Assembly (NCBI GenBank): GCA_963740615.1
Contig: CAVUEZ010000002.1
Coordinates: 53,463-117,462 of the forward strand
Source: Terriglobia bacterium
Lineage (GTDB): Bacteria; Acidobacteriota; Terriglobia; Terriglobales; Acidobacteriaceae
Reading direction: 5' to 3'
Length of the DNA: 64,000 nucleotides
Below are positions 9,641-17,765 of this stretch, piece after piece. The position numbers were made by a program, and so were the translations under genes. A model generated the notes under the pieces. The model had not been told where the DNA came from and ran no database searches. It saw nothing but the letters and a program-made list of their open reading frames with translations. The first letter of the stretch is position 1. Each line of letters opens with the position of its first letter.

Positions 9641-11344
9641 ATGACCGGCCACGTCGCAGCGCGCTCGCCCTCTAGCCCCAATGCCGCCGCGTCCCGATCG
9701 CGCTTCTTGACCTCCTCGCTCCTTCTCGGCCCGTTCTTTTTCGCTCTCCTGCTCCTCGCTCCATCTTCCGCTCCTCCGCCTGCCCTACTTCTGGGACGAA
9801 GCCGGTTACTACATTCCTGCCGCCCGCGACCTCTACCTCACGGGCTCGCTCATCCCGCACTCCACCCTCACCAACGCCCATCCTCCGCTGGTGATGGCCT
9901 GGCTGGCCGCCGCCTGGAAAATCTTCGGCTACTCTCCTCTCACCACGCGCGTCGCCATGCTGGCCGTGGCCGCCTTCACCCTGCTGGGCGTCTACCGCCT
10001 GGCGCGGCGCGTGGCCGGCCCGCAAGCAGCGCTCGCATCGCTGGTGTGCACCGCCCTCTACCCTGTCTTTTTCGCGCAGAGTTCCATGGCCCACTTGGAC
10101 ATGGCCGCCGCCGGCCTCCTGCTCTGGGCACTCGACTTCTATCTCGCCTCTCGACGCCTCCCCGCGATCCTCCTGTTTGCGCTCGCCTGTCTCGCCAAGG
10201 AGACCGCCGCGTTTGTCCCGGTGGCGTTGTTTGCCTGGGAACTGATTTCGCCAGCCACAAAATTGTTCCCGCGTCATCGCGGCCCCGAGCGAAGGGAAGG
10301 GGCTATTGTCGAAACTCGCGGAGAGCCTGACGTAATCGTCAATCGTCAATCTTCAATCTTCAACGCCTTTTCAATCACCCGATCGTCCGATCACCCGATC
10401 ACCCGATCGTTCTCGCTGCTTCTCTCCCTCGCTCCCCTCGCCGCCTGGTTCGTCTTCCACTACGCGCGCACCGGACACGTCTTCGGCAATCCTGAATTCT
10501 TCCGTTACAACCTGGGCGCCACCCTCAATCCCATTCGCTTCCTGGCCGCGCTCGGGCTGCGCTTTTGGCACCTGTTCGGCTATCTGAACATCTTCCTGCT
10601 CACCCTGGTGGCGGCGTTCGCCATGTTTCTCCCGCCGCGACGCGATCTCCCACGCATTCCCCTTCCCGCGCAGTCCGTCTTCTATCTGCTGATCGCCGTT
10701 CACGCGGTGGCGCTCGCCATCCTTGGCGGCGCCGTGCTGGCCCGCTATCTGCTTCCCGTCTATCCGCTGGTAGTCATCCTCTGCGTCTCCACCATTCGCC
10801 GGCGTCTTCCCTGGTGGCCAGGGTTCATCGCCATCGCCTGTGCCGGCTTCATCCTTGCGCTGGTGGTGAATCCGCCTTACCGCTTCGCGCCCGAAGACAA
10901 TCTCGCCTACGCCGACTACGTCCGTCTGCACCAGGACGCCGCCCGCTTCCTCCTCCAGCACCAGTCCCCTGGACGCGTGCTCACCGCCTGGCCTGCCTCC
11001 GACGAGCTCACGCGCCCCTGGCTCGGCCTACGTTTCCCGCGTTGTCCCGGTGGTCCGCATCGACGACTTCTCCCTCCCCCAAGTCCTCGCCGCCGCCGCC
11101 GCGCGCTCCCAGTACCGCGCCGCGCTCGTCTTCTCCACCAAGTACGAGCCCCGCCGTCCGCTGCGCATTCCCGGCTGGGAGCGCCTGCAGCGGCGCTTCT
11201 TCGGCTATCCATCGCGATCTGCCGCCGGAAGTGTTGGCGCGCCTGCTGGGCGCGCGCATCGTCTTTCAGCAGCAGCGCAGCGGACAATGGATTGCGGTGC
11301 TGGAAATCGAATCGACCGAGAACGCCAGGCTCAATCAGCGGTGA
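9641..11344 (+). pseudogene. Family-39-like (ArnT/PMT-type) membrane glycosyltransferase, interrupted by at least 3 frameshifts
   Basis: The sense reading hops frames near 9758 (..FFFALLLLA / LHLPLLRLPYFWDEAGYY..), near 11025 (..RPWLG / YVSRVVPVVRIDDF..) and near 11205 (..RRFFGY / HRDLPPEVLARLLG..), ending at 11344. The 744-aa track ORF continues spuriously into the antisense of the UDG gene. Confidence 0.6.
10332..10410. repeat. Two short tandem arrays inside the glycosyltransferase ORF (7-nt GTCAATC/TTCAATC; 8-nt CACCCGAT)
   Basis: gtaatcgtcaatcgtcaatcttcaatcttcaac and tcaatcacccgatcgtccgatcacccgatcacccgatcgt, translated as low-complexity VIVNRQSSIFNAFSITRSSDHPITRS. Confidence 0.75.
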
Positions 11345-11345
11345 A

Positions 11346-12113
11346 TCATTCGCTGGAGCGCTCGCGGCGCACGGGCGCAAGCTCCCCGCCTGCGATCAAC
11401 TCTCTCACCTGCTCGAAAATCTTGCGGAACATCGTCTCCGTCAGCTTGCCCGTCTGGGTGTTCTGGTTCGACGGATGATACGACGCCAGCAGCAGCCGCC
11501 CGTCGGGCATCCAGTAGCGCGCTCCGTGCCCGAACACATACTCCTTCTTGCTCTTCAGCTTGCCGCCGCGCTTCAGGTAATTCAAATATGCGTCGAACCC
11601 GATCCGCCCCAGCGCCACCACGATCTTCACCTCTTTCAGTCCCGCCAGTTCGCGGTCCAGAAAGCGGGAGCAGTTGGCCATCTCCCCCGGTGTCGGCTTG
11701 TTGGCCGGAGGCGCGCAGCGCACCGCCGCCGTGATGTACGCGTCTTTCAGCGTCAGCCCATCGCCCACGTGCGTCGCCTTGGCCTGCGAGGCGAACCCGG
11801 TGGCGTGCAGCACCGGATACATGAAGTTCCCCGACGAATCCCCGGTAAACGGACGTCCGGTGCGGTTCGATCCGTGCGCTCCCGGCGCCAGCCCGAGGAT
11901 CAGCACCCGCGCCCGCGGATCGCCGAACCCGGGCACCGGCTTGCCCCAATACTGGCAATCGCGATAGGCGCGGCGCTTCTCCCGCGCCACCTTCTGGCAG
12001 TGCTCGCGCAGCCGCGGACAGCGCGTGCAGGCCACCACTTCTCGATTCAGTTGATCCAGCCAGGCAGGCATGTAGCCACATTCTACTGCGCTCGACAGCC
12101 CGGCAGTTCGCAC
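11346..12113 (-). CDS. Uracil-DNA glycosylase superfamily protein (family 4/5 type, Fe-S)
   Basis: N-terminal Cys cluster (VVACTRCPRLREHC) and motif ILGLAPGAHGSNRTGRPFTGDSSG, typical of family 5 (UDGb)-like enzymes. Confidence 0.8.
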   Translation of the reverse strand: MRTAGLSSAVECGYMPAWLDQLNREVVACTRCPRLREHCQKVAREKRRAYRDCQYWGKPVPGFGDPRARVLILGLAPGAHGSNRTGRPFTGDSSGNFMYPVLHATGFASQAKATHVGDGLTLKDAYITAAVRCAPPANKPTPGEMANCSRFLDRELAGLKEVKIVVALGRIGFDAYLNYLKRGGKLKSKKEYVFGHGARYWMPDGRLLLASYHPSNQNTQTGKLTETMFRKIFEQVRELIAGGELAPVRRERSSE

Positions 12114-12153
12114 TGTCCGCGCTAACTACTAACTAGTGTCCCGTCCCGCAAGT

Positions 12154-12483
12154 TCATTGCATAACTTCGAGCGTCTTGGGAAGGGCACGGCTTCAGCCGT
12201 GCCGCAAGCACATCAATAAGACCGCGGCTTTAGCCGCTGAGGGAAAGCGTCGTTTATCAGTCATTGCATGACTTCGAGCGTCTTGGGAAGGGCACGGCTT
12301 CAGCCGTGCCGCAAGCACATCAATAAGACCGCGGCTTTAGCCGCTGAGGGAAAGCGTCGTTTATCAGTCATTGCATGACTTCGAGCGTCTTGGGAAGGGC
12401 ACGGCTTCAGCCGTGCCGCAAGCACATCAAGAAGACCGCGGCTTTAGCCGCTGAGGGAAAGCGTCGTTTATCAGTCATTGCAT
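12154..12483. repeat. 107-bp tandem repeat, 3 full copies plus a partial copy
   Basis: TCATTGCAT recurs at 12154, 12261, 12368 and 12475. Each unit carries the hairpins GGGCACGGCTTCAGCCGTGCC and GCGGCTTTAGCCGC. Copies differ at 2-3 positions. Confidence 0.9.
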
Positions 12484-12725
12484 TTGTGAAACCAGCTCTA
12501 CTAGCTACTGCCTTCTTGCCCTACCGCAACTTTCGTTACGATCTAGCTAACCCCTATCTCCTCGACGAAAAAATTTTTGCCCACATTTCCGGCGGAATAG
12601 CCCCTGTCAAGTCCCTCACAAGCCAATAGTTCAACATAACAGGCCTGCAATCAATCATTTACAGACAACCCCGAAGTGGCACATTTACCCCCTCCAATGT
12701 GCTATGCTGGATAGGTAGAGTAGAA

Positions 12726-12761
12726 AAAGGCGCGGACAAAAATCCGCGCTTTTCCTTTTTT
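12726..12761 (+). terminator. Strong orphan intrinsic terminator
   Basis: GCGCGGA-caaaaa-TCCGCGC (12730-12749) followed by TTTTCCTTTTTT. There is no plus-strand CDS upstream. Confidence 0.5.
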
Positions 12762-12786
12762 GAGGAACTCGCTCAAGATCCGGCCC

Positions 12787-12822
12787 CTAACTCCTAACTA
12801 CTAACTCCTAACTCCTAACTCC
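12787..12822. repeat. Heptanucleotide tandem array (CTAACTC/CTAACTA type)
   Basis: ctaactcctaactactaactcctaactcctaactcc, ending 1 nt before ATG 12824. Confidence 0.8.
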
Positions 12823-12823
12823 C

Positions 12824-13304
12824 ATGCCCCGCGCCTCCGCCCGCCCCGCCGACGAGCGGGCCCGGAGTGTGCGTCCTCCCAAGGCTCGTGGCGAGCTTGC
12901 CGAAGCGCGTTTTCTGGCTCGCGCCATGGACCTCGGCTTCGTCGTCTCCAAGCCCTTCGGCGACAGCGCCCGCTACGACTTCGTGGTCGACTGCGGTGGC
13001 CGGCTCAGCCGCGTGCAGGTGAAATCCGCCTGGACCCCCGCCCATCACGGCGGCTACCAGTTCGGCGCCTCCCCCGCCCAACTCAAGAACCAGCCCGCCC
13101 GGCCCTATCGCCGCGACGAAATCGACTTCATCGTCGCCTGCATCGTCCCCGAAGACACCTGGTTCATCATTCCCATTCGCGCTCTCGCCACTCGCAACCA
13201 CTTCTTCTTGCCCGCCGCTCCCGCCCCACCCGCTCTCCCGCTACCGCGAAGCCTGGCGCTTGCTGCAGCGTGCGAAAGGAATTCGAACTCCAGCGCCCGA
13301 TTGA
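12824..13304 (+). CDS. PD-(D/E)XK endonuclease-like protein (PDDEXK_5 type), apparent frameshift near its 3' end
   Basis: GELAEARFLARAMDLGFVVSKPFGDSARYDFVVDCGGRLSRVQVKS matches the standalone PD-(D/E)XK family. The family-typical tail SRYREAWRLLQRAKG is in another frame (shift within about 13205-13235; stop at 13302-13304). Confidence 0.6.
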
Positions 13305-13317
13305 TCGTAGCGCTCCG

Positions 13318-13358
13318 GTGCCCCACATCTGCCGCACCTTTGGCAGATGTGGGTCCTT
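13318..13358. repeat. REP-like palindrome, family B (CCCACATCTGCC..GGCAGATGTGGG)
   Basis: Second copy at 17517-17556. Confidence 0.75.
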
Positions 13359-13509
13359 CCCGCAAAACAGCTCCTTGTTCCACTTTCAGAACAGAACCCA
13401 AAAATCTCTTTTCTCCGCACCAGAGCTGTTGCACTATTCCATGAGCACTCATTTAACTCATCTCGCCGGCTTCCCATATTGGGAGCGGGCGTACAGCTTT
13501 CGGTGACTC

Positions 13510-14130
13510 ATGAGTATGGTTTCCACTTACATCCCAGGCAGCTTGCGCCGGCTGTGCTTTCTAGTGGTGGTGGCGCTCCTCTCCAGCGCGGCGATGGCGC
13601 AGCGCGGCGCAATCACCGCGCCCCGCGCGCTTGACCAACTCGCGCAGGAGGCCAACGTCATTGTCCAGGGAGCGGTCGTCTCGGCCAAAGTTGAGCCGCA
13701 TCCGCAGTTGAACAACCTGACCACCGTGGTCGTCACCCTCAACGTCCAGGACACATTGAAGGGCGCGCCGCGCAAGTCGCTCGTCTTCCGCCAGTACATC
13801 TGGGACATCCGCGACCGCAAAGACGCCGCCGGCTACAGAAAAGGCCAGGAGCTGCTGCTGCTGCTCGGTCCCGTATCTAAATACGGTCTCACCAGCCCCG
13901 TCGGGCTGGAGCAGGGCCGCTTCCGCGTGCTGCGCGACAGCAGCGGCCGGGAGACGGCGGTCAATGGCCGGGGCAACGCCGGCCTCTTCCAGGCGACCGA
14001 GGCGCGGGCCCAGGCGCGCGGCATCAGGCTCTCCACCGCGCAACAGAAGATGGTTCGCGGCGCCACCGGCGGGCCGCTGCCGCTCAGCGACCTGAAAGAC
14101 GCCATCCGCGCCTTCGTGGAGGCAAAGTGA
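13510..14130 (+). CDS. Secreted hypothetical protein, first gene of a 3-gene overlapping operon
   Basis: Signal peptide (LCFLVVVALLSSAAMAQ). The stop overlaps the next start (GTGATG at 14127-14132). No recognisable domain. Confidence 0.5.
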   Translation: MSMVSTYIPGSLRRLCFLVVVALLSSAAMAQRGAITAPRALDQLAQEANVIVQGAVVSAKVEPHPQLNNLTTVVVTLNVQDTLKGAPRKSLVFRQYIWDIRDRKDAAGYRKGQELLLLLGPVSKYGLTSPVGLEQGRFRVLRDSSGRETAVNGRGNAGLFQATEARAQARGIRLSTAQQKMVRGATGGPLPLSDLKDAIRAFVEAK

Positions 14131-15558
14131 TGCGCGCGCGGCGGCTCCTCTACTCCACTCTTTTTGTCCTGCTCGCTTCCCTGTTTGCCGTGGCTGGCGG
14201 CCCTCTGGTGGTCGGCGGACCAGCGAAGCCCGGCCTATGGCAAGGACGGCCAGCCCTTCACCTGGAATCCGGCCCGCATGCCCATCCAGTACCGCGTCGA
14301 TCCCGGCCCATTTTCGATGAACCCAGCGGGCACGGTGTATACCAACGCCGATGGTCTGGTGCGCGTGCACGACATGTTCGCCGTATGGCAGAGCGTGCCC
14401 ACGGCAGCCCTTTCGTTCACCGACGCCGGGCAGTTGCTGCCCGCCGGCAGCTATACGGGCGGCGACCTGTTGACCACACAGCAATACAACGACATCGAGG
14501 GCTCCTGCAATTCGGGGACGCAGAGCCCGGTGATCTTCGACGCTGACGGCGCCATCATCGCCGACCTCGGCCTGCCCCCCGAGATCATCGGCTTCGCCGG
14601 CATGTGCAAGCTCGACGCGGGCACCGGATACATCCTCACTGCCGAGCTGGTTCTGAACGGCGAATTTCAGGATTCCCGTAACCACCCCGAGGAGTCGCCG
14701 CCCAACTATGAACTGTCGCTGAACCAGTTCGACGAAGTCATTGTTCACGAAATCGGGCACTTCATCGGCCTGGATCATTCCCAGATCAACCTCCACGTTC
14801 TCACCAGCAACCAGTATCCCTGTGACGTGGATGAGCTTGCTGGCTTGCCACTGATGTTTCCGGAACTGCTTTGCCAGGCGCGCAAGGATGTCAGCTTGCC
14901 CGTGCTCGCCCCCGATGACGTGGCCTGGATCTCCACTCTCTATCCCGGCCCCAGTTACGCCTCCAGCTACGGCACCATCAGCGGGCGCATCCTTTTTTCG
15001 GATGGTATTTCGCAGGTGCAGGGCGCCAACGTCATCGCGCGCTTGGTCGACGACCCCAACACGCCCCAGGACGAGTCGCGGCGCGTCGTCGTCTCCGCCA
15101 TTTCCGGATACCTGTTCACCGCCAATCCCGGTCAGTCGGTCACGGCCAGCATGTCCGATCCCACCGAAGACAACACCAACGGCTGGAAAGCCGGATCGCG
15201 CAATCCCCAGCTCATCGGCTACTACCGGATTCCCGTGCCGCCGGGGACCTACACGGTGGAAGTGGAATCCATCTATTCGGGGTTCATATCCGAATCCGGC
15301 ATCGGACCGCTGAGCCCGCCGGTGCCCATACCTGCGGAGTTCTGGAACGAGCGTGAGTCGGCATTCGACCCGCCGGCTCAACGGGACACCGTCACCGTGC
15401 ACCCCCGGGACAACATCACCAATGTCGACATTATCCTGAACGGGCAACAAGCGCGTTACGACCAGTACGAGGATACCGGAGCAGTGTTTGACCCGCCGCC
15501 TCCAGCGCGCCTGCCGGGCGGGCGGTTTGCAGCCGTCGGCGAGGAGGTGGCGGCATGA
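14127..15558 (+). CDS. Secreted metzincin-type zinc metalloprotease (apparent frameshift near 14233)
   Basis: HEIGHFIGLDHS matches the metzincin HExxHxxGxxH motif. The signal peptide (MMRARRLLYSTLFVLLASLFAVAG) lies in the 14127 frame and the mature part in the 14164 frame. Confidence 0.7.
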
Positions 15559-17492
15559 AGATGCAAACCGCTATTGCCGGATTGGTCGCTGCGATCCTGC
15601 TGATCATATGCGCCGCATGTGGCGGCGGCGGTGGGAGCGCCACCAGCGGCGGACCTTCTTCCAGCCGGCTGACCATTACCAGCGAATCGCCATTGCCGGG
15701 TACCCTGCAGGGACATTCGTATTCCACTACGCTGGTGGCCACAGGCGGCAATGGCGAGCTTCGCTGGTCCATCGGGTCACTCAATGGATCTTTTGCGAAT
15801 GGGTTGAGCATTGACCCGGCCACAGGCGTGGTATCGGGAACGGCGGATTTCCTAGGCACGCTGGGCTTCATGGCCACGGTGACCGATTCCAGTTCCCCGC
15901 CACAAACAGCGTCGAAGGGTTTCCTGATCACGGCCAGCACGCCGCTGGCGCTGACGCCGACACAGAACGTCACCACCGGCTTGTACCAGGATCTGTATAT
16001 CTCGGTCGTCCCGCAAGGCGGCGTGGCACCAATGACCTACACCCTGGACAGCAGTTGTCTTCCGCCGGGGGTTCGTTCCAATGTCAGCAACGTAAGCGCG
16101 GGGACATCCGGAGCCGTCACACTGGGTCAGCCATACGTACCCGGCACCTACTCCTGCCAGGTGACCATCCAGGATTCGTTCACCCCGCCCGAAGTAGCTT
16201 CGCAACTGGTCACCATCCGTGTCGTTCCCGACCCGCTGTCGGTCGAGACGCGGTCGTTGCCGTCAAATCTGCTTCTGAACCGCCCCTTCAGCGGGGGCGT
16301 GGTGGTCCGTGGAGGCTTACCTCCGTTCTCCTACGAGGTGGACGGGGCATTGCCCCCCGGACTGGGACCGATCGAGGCAACTACCGGACGAATCAGCGGG
16401 ACGCCAACCACGGCCGGCGATTACACCTTCGGCATCCACGTCACAGACTCGTCTTGGCAAGGCTCTGGGGCATCGTTTTCAATGCACGTTGTAGCGCCCA
16501 AAGGCCGCAACGATACCCCGGCGACGGCAACGCCGATCCGGAACGGCTCGTTCTCTGCTTCGATCAGCCCTTACGATGACCCCCCGGATGGGACGCCCGC
16601 GCCCGGCGATAATGACTACTACAAGCTTGTGTCGCTGGGTGGGGCAACCGTTCACGTGGAAACCTACGCCAAGCGCTCCAATTCGGCGAATCCTTTGGAC
16701 ACGGTAATTGAGATTGCGGACGGCAATGGGCGCCGGTTGAGCGCCTGCCGCCAGCCAGGCGACACCACCACCAATTTCAACTCGGCCTGCATCAACGACG
16801 ACATCAGCTCCGAGCCCTTCGTACAGGATTCGGCCCTGGACTTCCAGGTGCCCGGCGCCGCCAACGTCACTACCACGCTCTATGTGCATGTGTTCGACTG
16901 GCGCGGCGACGCCCGGCCGGACATGACCTACACGTTGAACGTCTCCGGCGTGGCCGCCCCACTCACCATCTCAACTGACTCCCTCGCCCCCGCTGCTCGG
17001 GGCAATCCATATTTCTTTTTCGTCTCCAGCACCGGCGCTAACGGGACTGTCTCCTGGGCGCTCGACTCCGGGACTCTGCCCCCCGGCTTGTCGCTGAATG
17101 CGAATGGCTCCCTCACCGGAATCGCGACCACCAATGGGACATACAGTTTCACGGTGCGCGTAACCGACTCCACCAGCCCGCCCCAGGTCGCCACCAAGGA
17201 CTTCACCATCCAGGTAGTCGATCCCCTGGCCATTACCAGCCCGGCGGTGTGGCCGGACGCCTGCGTCAATCAGCCGTACTCGTTCACCATGCAAACTTCA
17301 GGCGGAGCGCCACCGATCATCTGGGGTTTCCAGTCGCCGATGTGGGGTGCGATTAACCTGGACACCGCAACGGGGGTGTTCACCGGAACATCCAGTTCGA
17401 CCGGGACATCCACCGGGACGGTTTCCGCCAGCGACGCAACCGGCAATAGAGTCCAGCAGCAGGTAACGTTAACCGTCACGACTTGCCCATAA
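15555..17492 (+). CDS. Lipoprotein with repeated Ig-like ('putative Ig'/cadherin-like) domains and a PPC-like domain
   Basis: ATGA overlap with the upstream stop. Lipobox-like LLIICAACGGG. Repeated ...LPPGLSLNANGSLTGIATTNGTYSFTVRVTDSTSPPQ... modules. DNDYYKL segment. Confidence 0.7.
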   Translation: MKMQTAIAGLVAAILLIICAACGGGGGSATSGGPSSSRLTITSESPLPGTLQGHSYSTTLVATGGNGELRWSIGSLNGSFANGLSIDPATGVVSGTADFLGTLGFMATVTDSSSPPQTASKGFLITASTPLALTPTQNVTTGLYQDLYISVVPQGGVAPMTYTLDSSCLPPGVRSNVSNVSAGTSGAVTLGQPYVPGTYSCQVTIQDSFTPPEVASQLVTIRVVPDPLSVETRSLPSNLLLNRPFSGGVVVRGGLPPFSYEVDGALPPGLGPIEATTGRISGTPTTAGDYTFGIHVTDSSWQGSGASFSMHVVAPKGRNDTPATATPIRNGSFSASISPYDDPPDGTPAPGDNDYYKLVSLGGATVHVETYAKRSNSANPLDTVIEIADGNGRRLSACRQPGDTTTNFNSACINDDISSEPFVQDSALDFQVPGAANVTTTLYVHVFDWRGDARPDMTYTLNVSGVAAPLTISTDSLAPAARGNPYFFFVSSTGANGTVSWALDSGTLPPGLSLNANGSLTGIATTNGTYSFTVRVTDSTSPPQVATKDFTIQVVDPLAITSPAVWPDACVNQPYSFTMQTSGGAPPIIWGFQSPMWGAINLDTATGVFTGTSSSTGTSTGTVSASDATGNRVQQQVTLTVTTCP

Positions 17493-17516
17493 AAGCAGCA
17501 TGATCTGGTGCTGTGG

Positions 17517-17556
17517 GTGCCCCACATCTGCCCGCCTTTGGCAGATGTGGGTCCTT
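17517..17556. repeat. REP-like palindrome, family B
   Basis: gtgccccacatctgcccgcctttggcagatgtgggtcctt. Confidence 0.75.
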
Positions 17557-17611
17557 GCCGCCGCCTTTGCGCCCGTTTGCGGCTCAGGGTTTTGCAGTGT
17601 CCATCCTCTGC

Positions 17612-17720
17612 TACAAGCACGAACGCCCCCGAAGGGGCGTTCAGAGGTCGCTTAAAAAGCGGTTGCCTCACGACGAAAGCTTACTAGAATACAGCCGAGC
17701 AATCGCCGCTCAAGTACACT
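17612..17720 (-). ncRNA. tracrRNA (predicted)
   Basis: The anti-repeat at 17684-17720 is complementary to the CRISPR repeat: 17 contiguous bp, then a bulge, then further pairing. Two hairpins follow on the minus strand (17669-17644 and 17642-17621). A promoter sits immediately upstream. The 3' end is approximate. Confidence 0.7.
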
Positions 17721-17727
17721 GGGCGCG

Positions 17728-17756
17728 AATTTATGCTTCCTCGTCGCGCCTGTCAA
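17728..17756 (-). promoter_or_regulatory. Sigma70-type promoter of the tracrRNA
   Basis: Minus strand: TTGACA (17756-17751), 17-nt spacer, TAAATT (17733-17728). The first anti-repeat base (A, 17720) lies 8 nt downstream. Confidence 0.55.
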
Positions 17757-17765
17757 GGACTCATC

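Noticed and set aside
9891-12125. 744-aa plus-strand ORF taken at face value
   Set aside because: Only the first about 380 codons are glycosyltransferase-like. After the frameshift near 11025 the frame is low-complexity and runs antisense through the UDG gene.
13561-15450. 629-aa minus-strand ORF
   Set aside because: Antisense to the secreted protein and metzincin genes. No recognisable motifs, whereas the plus-strand frames carry clear signal peptides and the HExxH motif.
17621-17642. The GAACGCCCC-loop-GGGGCGTTC hairpin read as the terminator of the upstream plus-strand lipoprotein gene rather than of the tracrRNA
   Set aside because: Not fully excluded, and it may act bidirectionally. 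However, it lies 130 nt past the stop, with a REP palindrome in between. It also fits the position expected for a tracrRNA 3' hairpin.
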